Source: Candidatus Heimdallarchaeota archaeon
Lineage (GTDB): Archaea; Asgardarchaeota; Heimdallarchaeia; Hodarchaeales; Hodarchaeaceae
Reading direction: 5' to 3'
Assembly (NCBI GenBank): GCA_048881705.1
Contig: JBHLSH010000010.1
Coordinates: 1 to 64,000 of the forward strand
DNA length: 64,000 nt
The notes below the pieces were generated by a model, which was not told where the DNA came from, ran no database searches, and saw only the letters and a list, made by a program, of their open reading frames with translations. Positions 28,852 through 37,765 of this stretch are shown piece after piece; the stretch's first letter is position 1, and the number at the start of each line of letters is the position of its first letter. The translations under genes and the position numbers were made by a program.

Positions 28852-30075
28852 GTGATTCTGAGCATGATCACGAGTACGCTTAATCTAACGATGTCACAAA
28901 AATTTCGATCAATTTTGGAGGAAGTTAGTGAATTTATGGTAAATAAAGTGTTCCCGTTAGAACCCCAACTTGCAGGAAAATCGTTTCGGCAAATGCTTCC
29001 AACTCTTGACAATCTGAGAAGAGAGGTTAAAAGCCTGGGCTTATGGCTACCTCAGATTCCCAAAGAATATGGTGGACTGGGTTTAACATTAGTCGAACAC
29101 GGGATTTTAAGTGAAGAATTAGGGAAATCACCCTGGGGCCATTACTTATTCAACTGTCAGGCGCCTGATGCAGGCAATATGGAAATCCTCATTGAATACG
29201 GTACAGATGAACAGAAAGAGAAGTACCTAATGCCATTATTGAGCGGAAATATCAGGAGCTGTTTTTCAATTGTAGAACCAGATTGTCCAGGCTCAAATCC
29301 TACCTGGATTGAGACGATTGCGGAAAAGGACGGGGAAGATTACGTCATTAATGGTCATAAATGGTTTAGTTCCTCAGCCGATGGAGCAGCTTTTGCAATT
29401 GTAATGGCGGTTACAAATCCCGAACAAGAAAAACGCCATTTTAAGGCCAGCCAAATAATTGTTCCAGCAAACACACCAGGATTCAACTTTGTTAGAAACA
29501 TTCCCGTAATGGGTCATGTGGGAGAAGATTGGGCCAGCCATGGGGAGATTAAATACGAGAATTGCCGGGTTCCGCAAAAAAATCGACTAGGCGATGAAGG
29601 TATGGGTTTCGTAATAGCTCAGCAGCGCTTGGGCCCAGGACGAATCCATCATTGTATGCGATGGCTTGGAATATGTGAAAGGGCTTTTGATTTGATGTGT
29701 CGTAGAGCGGTTGACCGCGAAGTTGCACCAGGACGGACTTTGGCTATTCAGCAGACTGTCCGTAATTGGATTGCAGAAAGTCGGGCGGAAATAAACGCTG
29801 CTCGTCTATTAGTTCTAGATACGGCCCATAAGATTGATACTGAAGGTGTTTATGCAGCCCGTATTGATATTTCACTTATTAAGTTCTTTGTGGCCAATAC
29901 TTTACAAAGGGTCTTGGATCGGGCAATTCAAGTCCATGGGGCACTGGGCATGACCAATCAGACTCCCCTCGCGTTTTGGTATGCCCTTGAACGGGGTGCT
30001 CGTATTTATGATGGTCCTGACGAGGTTCACAAATTTTCGGTTGCAAAGCGAATCTTAAGCCAATATGAATCTTGA
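28852..30075 (+). CDS. Acyl-CoA dehydrogenase, ACAD10/ACAD11/LvaC type (likely start ATG 28891)
   Basis: FNCQAPDAGNME, INGHKWFSS, RLGPGRIHHCMR, RIYDGPDEVH. Confidence 0.9.
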   Translation: MILSMITSTLNLTMSQKFRSILEEVSEFMVNKVFPLEPQLAGKSFRQMLPTLDNLRREVKSLGLWLPQIPKEYGGLGLTLVEHGILSEELGKSPWGHYLFNCQAPDAGNMEILIEYGTDEQKEKYLMPLLSGNIRSCFSIVEPDCPGSNPTWIETIAEKDGEDYVINGHKWFSSSADGAAFAIVMAVTNPEQEKRHFKASQIIVPANTPGFNFVRNIPVMGHVGEDWASHGEIKYENCRVPQKNRLGDEGMGFVIAQQRLGPGRIHHCMRWLGICERAFDLMCRRAVDREVAPGRTLAIQQTVRNWIAESRAEINAARLLVLDTAHKIDTEGVYAARIDISLIKFFVANTLQRVLDRAIQVHGALGMTNQTPLAFWYALERGARIYDGPDEVHKFSVAKRILSQYES

Positions 30076-31198
30076 TTCCTACCTGAACTTATTCATCCAG
30101 ATTGGTGGTACATTCAACGTGATTCCCGACGAGCGAACGGAAAATGATACTATTTCTGTTCGTGCTGATGAAACATTTGACACAAGATCTCTTGCTCGCT
30201 ATCTCAGTGATAAACTTCCTGGTACACAAGTATCTCTCACTGTAAGACAATTTTGGGGTGGGGCGGCAAATTTGACATATCTTCTTGATTTTGAAGGTAA
30301 AGAATATGTTCTACGTCGTCCTCCGCTCGGACCGGTGGCAAAATCCTCTCATGATATGAATCGGGAATACAGTGTGCTTTCTGTGCTACACAAGGCATTT
30401 CCGTATGCTCCCCAAGCCTATTTGTTCTGTGAAGATCCTTCAGTTATAGGTGCCCCGTTTTTTATAATGGAGCGAAAAAAGGGATTTGTTATCCGTAGAT
30501 CGTTTCCCAAAGGATTAACTCCTTCACCGCAAATTGCTACTAAGATCAGTAACCAATTAGTAGATCGTTTAGTCGAATTCCATGACGTTGACTACGAAAG
30601 TTTGGGATTATCTGAGTTAGGGCGGCCTGAAGGTTTTATCAAGCGTCAAGTGGAAGGGTGGTATAGACGATGGCATCGGGCGAAAACCGAAGACAATGTA
30701 GACGTTGATCAAGTTTATGATTGGTTAAGGAAGAATATTCCGAAGACTGAGCATTTTTCCCTTGTCCACAATGATTTTAAACTTGACAATGTCATGGTTG
30801 ATAGCTCTGGACAGATAGTAGCAATTTTTGATTGGGATATGTGCACTCTTGGGGACCCTTTGTCCGATCTAGGTGCGCTGCTTACCTATTGGACTGATCC
30901 CACTGATCCTCCTTACCTTCAGGTACTTTCAACGATGCCGACCCACGAAAGTATCGGATGGCCGTCTCGTCAAGAGTTAATCGAAAGGTATGAAGCGAAA
31001 AGTGGGATAGCAGTAAACAATGTCCAATTTTACCATACGCTCGGTTTGTTTCGTCTTACTGTGATTATTGCCCAGATCTATATTCGCTTCGTTAAAAAGC
31101 AAACCCAAGATCAACGTTTTGAAGCCTTGGGTACGATTATTCCGTTTGTTGCTCGTGCAGCAATTGAAACTGCATTAGGTAACTTTCCGGGAGAGTAG
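30065..31198 (+). CDS. APH-family phosphotransferase (ACAD10/11 kinase domain / LvaA-like)
   Basis: GGAANLTY, VLRRPP, HDMNREY, HNDFKLDN, FDWDMCTLGDPLSDL; overlaps the upstream ACAD by 11 nt. Confidence 0.88.
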   Translation: MNLDSYLNLFIQIGGTFNVIPDERTENDTISVRADETFDTRSLARYLSDKLPGTQVSLTVRQFWGGAANLTYLLDFEGKEYVLRRPPLGPVAKSSHDMNREYSVLSVLHKAFPYAPQAYLFCEDPSVIGAPFFIMERKKGFVIRRSFPKGLTPSPQIATKISNQLVDRLVEFHDVDYESLGLSELGRPEGFIKRQVEGWYRRWHRAKTEDNVDVDQVYDWLRKNIPKTEHFSLVHNDFKLDNVMVDSSGQIVAIFDWDMCTLGDPLSDLGALLTYWTDPTDPPYLQVLSTMPTHESIGWPSRQELIERYEAKSGIAVNNVQFYHTLGLFRLTVIIAQIYIRFVKKQTQDQRFEALGTIIPFVARAAIETALGNFPGE

Positions 31199-31252
31199 AA
31201 TGCTTTTGAACCGTGGATCGTCTTGAGTGTAGCGTTTTAGAGGTCAGGAACT

Positions 31253-32716
31253 GTGTTGGATCACAAACTTTATCCCTCAACCATATTAAATCCAGTTTTG
31301 GAAATTCTTGTTTACAATGCCAAGAAGGATCCCCAAATCTCAGGTTTGGCATTAACAAAGGCTCCTGACTATGTTGGTGCAAACATGGGACTTTCGACCG
31401 GGTTAATCCTTATCGCAAAGGATAAGGCAAATATTCCAGACATTAATTCTGCTATTCTTGATAAAATCTATCCTCACATAACATTTCAACTGGAATACAA
31501 GTATCCATTGCGTGTTGTTCTCTACCTTGGGGAAGAGTGTTTAAAACTAGAATTAAAGTATACTACTGATCTTAAAAGCTTTGAGGAATCTATAACTTCG
31601 AGTACATATGTCCTGTATGATCAGGATGGCAGTTTAACCGACATCTTGAGGGAATGGAGGCCTGGATTGGAATCAAAGGAAGATATGATATACGATAAAG
31701 TACAGGACTTCCTTTTTGCATTCGAGGCCTTTTCCAATGCCCACAGGATCAGCGATGGGTACCAAGCCTATTATTACTATGGTTTGGCTCTTCAAGAGCT
31801 CGTAGAACTTATTTCTATTCTCCGAAGAGATAAAAAAACTGAATTCACAAGCCCTCCTGATTTTTTCGCAACCAAATACCTATCAAGAGATGAACAAATA
31901 CAATTCAGGCATTTGGGAGGTAGTATCCGTCTCAAAGATATGAATGAAGCAAAATTAAGGTTGAAACATGCTTTTGATAGGATTCTAATTGAGGCTGAAG
32001 CGAGACTCGGCTCCCGGTTGAGTGTAGATAAAATCAAGTCGTTCTGTGACAAAATATATAGAAGAGATTATTTTTGGAATCTTCGCGATTTGGCGCGTTT
32101 TAATCCTGCCAAAATTCGTAAAAATATGATTCTCCGCTCTGCAACGTTACATAACTATATCGCCGATCCATATTTCATTGAATGGATAGACAAAACAGGA
32201 ATAAAGGCGATAATCAATCTTCAGACGAATCTTGAGATTCAAAAGCGTCCATACTCTGAGGATTTCATGTCGAAGGTACGATATTACCAAATCCCCCTCA
32301 TTCCTGGAGTTGGTTTGGACAAAGATGGGCCCAACCTTGAATCAGAGATTGATATTGCCTTCGAGGATCTCTATGTTTGGGTTTTGGAAAACCGAAAGGA
32401 ACAAATCAGAGATCTATTTGCCATCCTAGCGAATCCCGAAAATTATCCTTTGATTATTCATTGCTATGGCGGGAAGGATCGAACTGGAATAATTATCGCT
32501 CTTTTACACCTCCTTCTAGGCTCTGAGGAAGTAAATATTATTTTGGACTATTTAATCTCTGCTCCTGAGATGGATTCTATCTATATTCGCTCACTTTTAG
32601 ATTTTATAAGTAATCAAGGAGGAATTCACGAATTTCTGCGGTCAGTTGGGATTTCTCCCGAGGAACTGTCTATAATAACCGATTCTATTTTGATTCCAAT
32701 CTCTAATGCCGATTAA
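31253..32716 (+). CDS. Fusion of a degenerate nucleotidyltransferase-like/helical region to a tyrosine-phosphatase (Y_phosphatase3-type) domain
   Basis: C-terminal NLRDL...LRSA...HCYGGKDRTG P-loop...DYLIS; N-terminal ~270 aa alpha/beta plus helical region with no clear GS/DxD motif. Confidence 0.7.
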   Translation: MLDHKLYPSTILNPVLEILVYNAKKDPQISGLALTKAPDYVGANMGLSTGLILIAKDKANIPDINSAILDKIYPHITFQLEYKYPLRVVLYLGEECLKLELKYTTDLKSFEESITSSTYVLYDQDGSLTDILREWRPGLESKEDMIYDKVQDFLFAFEAFSNAHRISDGYQAYYYYGLALQELVELISILRRDKKTEFTSPPDFFATKYLSRDEQIQFRHLGGSIRLKDMNEAKLRLKHAFDRILIEAEARLGSRLSVDKIKSFCDKIYRRDYFWNLRDLARFNPAKIRKNMILRSATLHNYIADPYFIEWIDKTGIKAIINLQTNLEIQKRPYSEDFMSKVRYYQIPLIPGVGLDKDGPNLESEIDIAFEDLYVWVLENRKEQIRDLFAILANPENYPLIIHCYGGKDRTGIIIALLHLLLGSEEVNIILDYLISAPEMDSIYIRSLLDFISNQGGIHEFLRSVGISPEELSIITDSILIPISNAD

Positions 32717-32952
32717 GGTGACCAAAAAGATACACAGGTGTGAAAATAAGGCTAGTTTACCATTACGGGGATTAAAAGACCTTTGCACTAATATACGGTG
32801 GCTATTGGGTAATATAACTGGAATACAATCAAAACGCATAACCATAAAAATGAGGACGGAGGGAATTTACTTGCATATATAGACAATGTGGGTTGGTTTT
32901 CTAGTTTAAAATTGCTGGAAACAACTAGGAAGAGGTTCTATCATTATTAGGA

Positions 32953-33993
32953 TTGAAAAAAATGCTTAAAGAAATCTTTTTGATGCGGGATGGTATGTTA
33001 ACATATCATTTCGGAAGAGAATCACAAACCACAGTTAGTGATGAGGTCATTCTCAGTTCTGGTCTTTTGAGTGCATTGACTGACTTCAGTAAGACGGCAC
33101 GGTCGGATTTCTTAGAGTCCTTTTTTACAGAGAGAGAACACTTCCTATTTATACGTTATCCGAAGACAGACAATGTCCTCGTGGGAGTTTTCGAACGTGA
33201 TACCCCAGATTCGCTCGCGCTTAGAGGTTTGAAACGAATCCAGGACCTTATTGCTGCGGCTGACTTACCAGAAGAAAACGCAGTAATTGATCTAAATACC
33301 CCAGAGAAAAGGGCTCTTTCAAAGGAACTTTCCGAATTTACCGACCGCTTCTTTGGTCGTGAGGGAGAAGCAACGTACATTGAAGAACTCCTTGAAAAGC
33401 GGACAAATATTTCCTTGGCATTCCTTGTCGATACAGATAATAAGGAACTCATAGCCAAGTTCGCCCGCCCTCGGCCACTGTTTAGAGCACAACACGCTAC
33501 GGACTTTTTTCTTCTGAACGACACGTTATCAACAACATTGTCGCGATTAGGGATCGAAAGTTATTCTTATTTCAACATATTATCCAAAGAGTATGTAACA
33601 TCCGTGGTAAGGAGTGGCTCTAGGTGTAGTGTTGCTTCAGGATCATTGTATACAAATAAAAAAGAAGTAGTGGAGACTGCGTTGGCAATGTTCCACTATT
33701 CCAATTTAGATGAACTAATCGGTAAAAAATTCAAAACCAACTTAGTAACTCAAGCCATTCTGCAGTTTGATGGCAATTTCAAGCAACTACTTGGAGAACC
33801 GTTGCCCGTCCAATTTGCAATTACCTTTCTCGCCCTGATCAACATCGTTAAGGGTTTCTTTCGATTACTTACTCCAAGAAATTTCGAATTATTCGAAATA
33901 GTTTGTCACTCTAAGGAACACAACGAGAGGATAGTAATCTCAAAGCAGAATGATAATGAAAACTACAATATCGAATTATTCTCATCAAGATAG
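32953..33993 (+). CDS. Longin/roadblock-like multidomain protein (eukaryotic signature protein type)
   Basis: EIFLMRDGMLTYH...ILSSGLLSALTDFS longin pattern; second alpha/beta module LAFLVDTDNKELIAKF. Confidence 0.6.
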   Translation: MKKMLKEIFLMRDGMLTYHFGRESQTTVSDEVILSSGLLSALTDFSKTARSDFLESFFTEREHFLFIRYPKTDNVLVGVFERDTPDSLALRGLKRIQDLIAAADLPEENAVIDLNTPEKRALSKELSEFTDRFFGREGEATYIEELLEKRTNISLAFLVDTDNKELIAKFARPRPLFRAQHATDFFLLNDTLSTTLSRLGIESYSYFNILSKEYVTSVVRSGSRCSVASGSLYTNKKEVVETALAMFHYSNLDELIGKKFKTNLVTQAILQFDGNFKQLLGEPLPVQFAITFLALINIVKGFFRLLTPRNFELFEIVCHSKEHNERIVISKQNDNENYNIELFSSR

Positions 33994-34076
33994 ATCTTCA
34001 ATTCCTAACAAAAACTTAAACTATCTAACATTTAGAAGGGGGAAGAAGGTATAACCTCTTTTTATGGGATCGATAA

Positions 34077-34811
34077 ATGTCACATGCTATTAAAGAGGGT
34101 CAAAAGGGGAGATTGGATGCAGTTTTCTTATATGGCGGTATTTTAGACGCTTATGAAGCGGTAGGTATGGAATTAATTGGCCCAAATGTTGTAGAGGATT
34201 ATGTATTCCCAAAAATGGTCTACTATGTTCGAGAATTTTTGCCAGGTATTTTCAATAAGTCTGCCCCTGACCCCGAACGATTGGTATCTGACCTAAGGTC
34301 ATGGTTGGATGACTTTAAACTAAAGATTTCTCGCGCACGTGAACTGAAAAAGAGCGTAATGTTCTCATTAGAGGAGATTTGGCAGTTAAGAGCTGCGATC
34401 TTCGGATATGAAAGCGTCTTTATCGACATCTTAGGAGAAACTGCAATCAAGACGTATGTTTTTAGTCGAATAGCAGATATCTTGTCCTCCTACCTACCAG
34501 ATGTCTTTCTTGGGGAGGAAAAAACGTTAGAAGAAAAATTGAATGCCTACCTGGACTATATCAGAGAAAAAAGATTTGTACAATATACAAGTGTGAGAAT
34601 AAAAGGGAACTCCGTTCGAATCGCCGCCAACAAATGCTACTTTGCTGACATACATAAATCAGAAGCCTATCAAAAATCAAATGTCAGATTCTGTCCATGG
34701 GGAATGATTGGATCAGCCATAATTACAAGTCATAAGGGGGATAGAGCAACCATTGAATCTTGTCAATTTACAACTAGAGGAAGTATTTCTAAGATAGTTA
34801 CTGAGAAATAA
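34077..34811 (+). CDS. V4R/MetOD1/Bet3-like domain protein with an internal duplication
   Basis: Repeat GILDAYEAVGMELIG..VVEDYVF vs AIFGYESVFIDILG..AIKTYVF; C-terminal Cys pattern KCYF..FCPW..SCQF. Confidence 0.55.
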   Translation: MSHAIKEGQKGRLDAVFLYGGILDAYEAVGMELIGPNVVEDYVFPKMVYYVREFLPGIFNKSAPDPERLVSDLRSWLDDFKLKISRARELKKSVMFSLEEIWQLRAAIFGYESVFIDILGETAIKTYVFSRIADILSSYLPDVFLGEEKTLEEKLNAYLDYIREKRFVQYTSVRIKGNSVRIAANKCYFADIHKSEAYQKSNVRFCPWGMIGSAIITSHKGDRATIESCQFTTRGSISKIVTEK

Positions 34812-34821
34812 TGGGTTAATT

Positions 34822-35337
34822 ATGACGCTCGTGCAAGATCTAGTTTTCAATGGTTATAATATTCCGACTCTCGCCTTATTAGTGCTCATTGTTGAGGTTG
34901 TCCTTTTCTGTGGCTTGTTTGTTGGGTGGTATTTTGGTGCACGTCGCTTGAACATCACGCTGCATCATTGGATGGTCTATGGGGCGACAATTGCACACTT
35001 AACAGTTTGGTTGCTAGTGATGCTGCCCAATGCACTAAGAGCGGCCCCTCGAGTTTTGGCCGATCCTCTTGGACGGTGGATTCCCTTTGCCCATTGGACC
35101 ATGGGATCAATTACAATTGCACTAAGTCTTTTCATCACCATTTCTTTCGCTGTAAAACGTTTTGAAATACGCTTGCGAACTTTGATCAATTTCAGACCAT
35201 TGATGATTGCAACGGTTATTTGTTGGACAATCACACTATTCCTAGGGCTTCTAGTCTTTTTAACGGTCAAAGTGCGGCCAATCGCGACCCCAGAAAACCT
35301 GATTCAAAGCTTGAACGTAATTCTATATTACCTATAA
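34822..35337 (+). CDS. Four-TM membrane protein, DUF420/cytochrome-b-like
   Basis: Four hydrophobic helices with intramembrane His (LHHWM, AHLT, FAHW). Confidence 0.55.
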   Translation: MTLVQDLVFNGYNIPTLALLVLIVEVVLFCGLFVGWYFGARRLNITLHHWMVYGATIAHLTVWLLVMLPNALRAAPRVLADPLGRWIPFAHWTMGSITIALSLFITISFAVKRFEIRLRTLINFRPLMIATVICWTITLFLGLLVFLTVKVRPIATPENLIQSLNVILYYL

Positions 35338-35378
35338 CGGCAGCTGTCATATTTAGAGCAAAAGGGATATAGTTAACC

Positions 35379-36587
35379 ATGACACCCATCAAAATCCCTC
35401 AATCACGACTAAGTGAACGTAGGGGTCAATTTTTTAAAATTTTAACCGCCGAACACGAACTACGGCACTTTATAGTCCTTAATCCCATTTCAATTTATTA
35501 TTTAACTGGTTTTGTCTTGATACCTACCGAACGTCCTTTCTTTTTGATATGTACGAATATAACGAGGAATCCCTCCATTAATTTTTTTGTACCAGAACTG
35601 GAAAAGCAACACGTTCAGGAGGAGGTTCCGTTTGTCGAGGAAGTTGAAAGCTATTTTGAATATCCAGGCGAAGTACATCCAATGACCAAATTTGCCTCAT
35701 TTTTGAAGGACAAATTGCGAATCTCTGGTAACATTGGAGCAGAGGGCGCAGGAGCTCCAGGCAAATGGGGATATATAGGTCCATCTTTCAGTGATGTCTT
35801 GAAATTTCCAGTAAGAATCGTCTCTGATATCATTGCTAACATGCGGATCATTAAAGATGAAGATGAATTGGCCTCCATTCGTGAAAGTGCAAAATGGGGT
35901 AATTTAGCTCATCGATTGTTGCAAGACTATACTGCGGTCGGAGAAAATGAAATCGACGTATCGTTTCGAGCCTCTCACGAGGCATCGAAACGTATGCGGG
36001 AAGCTCTAGGTCCCGATTATTCGCCGATTGGGTACGGTGCGCGTCCCTGCGGTGCAGGATACAGAGGACAGATAGGACCTTATTCAGCAATCCCTCACGC
36101 AATGACCCGCAATGCCGTATTCCATAAAGGTGATACATTGGTTACGGGAGCAGGCGGAAATGTTGCAGGATATCTTTCGGAATTAGAAAGAACCATGTTT
36201 ATGGGAGAGCCAAATAAAAAGCAGAAAGATTACTTTGATATTATGATTCGCGCCCAGAAGGCTGCTTTTGAAACACTTGGGCCTGAGGTACCTTTATCCA
36301 AAGTAGATAAGGCCACACGTGCTGTTTTTAAAGATTCTGGTGTGTTAAACCTAGTTCAACATCACACGGGCCATGCTCTCGGATTAGAAGGTCATGAACG
36401 CCCTTTTCTTGATCTCGGAATGGATGAGCTTCTAAGGCCTGGAATGGTTTTTTCCGTTGAACCAGGAATCTACGACCGTTCTATCGGGGGTTTTCGGCAT
36501 TCAGACACGATTATAATAACAGCAGATGGGATAGAAATTATCACAGAATATCCTCGAACTTTAGAGGAATTGATTATTTATAACTGA
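35379..36587 (+). CDS. Xaa-Pro peptidase (M24 family)
   Basis: YLSELERT, HHTGHALGLEGHE, SVEPGIY, GFRHSDT. Confidence 0.9.
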   Translation: MTPIKIPQSRLSERRGQFFKILTAEHELRHFIVLNPISIYYLTGFVLIPTERPFFLICTNITRNPSINFFVPELEKQHVQEEVPFVEEVESYFEYPGEVHPMTKFASFLKDKLRISGNIGAEGAGAPGKWGYIGPSFSDVLKFPVRIVSDIIANMRIIKDEDELASIRESAKWGNLAHRLLQDYTAVGENEIDVSFRASHEASKRMREALGPDYSPIGYGARPCGAGYRGQIGPYSAIPHAMTRNAVFHKGDTLVTGAGGNVAGYLSELERTMFMGEPNKKQKDYFDIMIRAQKAAFETLGPEVPLSKVDKATRAVFKDSGVLNLVQHHTGHALGLEGHERPFLDLGMDELLRPGMVFSVEPGIYDRSIGGFRHSDTIIITADGIEIITEYPRTLEELIIYN

Positions 36588-36687
36588 TGAGTTAAAACTT
36601 GAGGGACTTATTCTAGCACACAAGTTTTTCTATTCGTATTCCGAGTCAGCATCCTAAAAAATCTTAAATGACTTCTGAATTACAGAT

Positions 36688-37602
36688 TTGGTGACTTCCT
36701 ATATGGAACTTCCAGCAAATTTAATACAGGTCGAGTGGAGCTTCTTTCAGAGGAGTCTGTTCAGGTTTGCCGCGCTGGTCGTTCCAAAATTTTGCCATAA
36801 CTTTTTTCAATTCGAAGTGAGCGGCCTGGAAAACACCTCAGATCTTCCAGAAGGTAAACCAGTAATATTCTGTGGAAATCACAGATCGCATCTTGATGGG
36901 CTATTACTCGGAAGTGCAATCATAAAACCATATGGAAACCGGACTAGGCTAGGATTCATGGCATCAGGGAAGGCCATGGATGGTAACGTGTTTTTTGGCC
37001 TTCTCCGAGTATTGGGGGCATTTCCGGTATATCGTGAAAATCCCAATCTCGCACTGGATTATGCAGTACGGCTATTGAAGAAAGGATTGGGTGTCCTGAT
37101 CGCTCCCCAGGGAAAGAGAATCTTTAGCCATCCACTTCATGATTACTTCAATCTATTGAAAGAAGGAAGGACTGGGGTAGGTCGTGTTATCCTTAAACTG
37201 AATGGAAAAGTCCCAATTGTCCCGTTTTATTGCCATGGAGCGGCCGAAGCCTTAGGAATCGGAAGAATCGTTCCCAAATACAAAGCTTTCGTGTCTGTTT
37301 CATTTGGAAAGCCCCTATACTTCGATGATTACTCTCAAAACGGAGGATGGGATGATTCAAAGCCTGAATTCTATGAAACATCAAGAGAAATAGTAAACAA
37401 GGTTATGATATCTATCCGTAACTTGCTTGTTCTCCAAGAGCAGCATTATTTCAATATCATAAAGAAGAAGTTTCGAGTAAAAGAACTGGAAGATATTATA
37501 ATCCCGACAGGTTCGCGGAAAACATCTCTCAATAAATTTCTCTACAATCTCTTACACTACCACCCTCGGGACTTACAGAGGCTCGCGGAACGTTCAAAAT
37601 AA
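36688..37602 (+). CDS. Lysophospholipid / 1-acyl-sn-glycerol-3-phosphate acyltransferase (PlsC/LPLAT family)
   Basis: NHRSHLD (HX4D), GAFPVYR, IAPQGKR, GVGRVIL, VPIVP, VSFGKP. Confidence 0.85.
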   Translation: MVTSYMELPANLIQVEWSFFQRSLFRFAALVVPKFCHNFFQFEVSGLENTSDLPEGKPVIFCGNHRSHLDGLLLGSAIIKPYGNRTRLGFMASGKAMDGNVFFGLLRVLGAFPVYRENPNLALDYAVRLLKKGLGVLIAPQGKRIFSHPLHDYFNLLKEGRTGVGRVILKLNGKVPIVPFYCHGAAEALGIGRIVPKYKAFVSVSFGKPLYFDDYSQNGGWDDSKPEFYETSREIVNKVMISIRNLLVLQEQHYFNIIKKKFRVKELEDIIIPTGSRKTSLNKFLYNLLHYHPRDLQRLAERSK

Positions 37603-37765
37603 ACACCTAACGCGGAATGGGTCGCGTCATTTGGAACAGGGGCGATCAGTGAACCCCCCTATCGCTGAATCCAACAGTAAAGATTGACCAATGGTTGATT
37701 CACCATTCATCATTTGATTAGGGTTTTGAAATCTAATCACGAATCATACAGCTAGTTGTTTTAGG

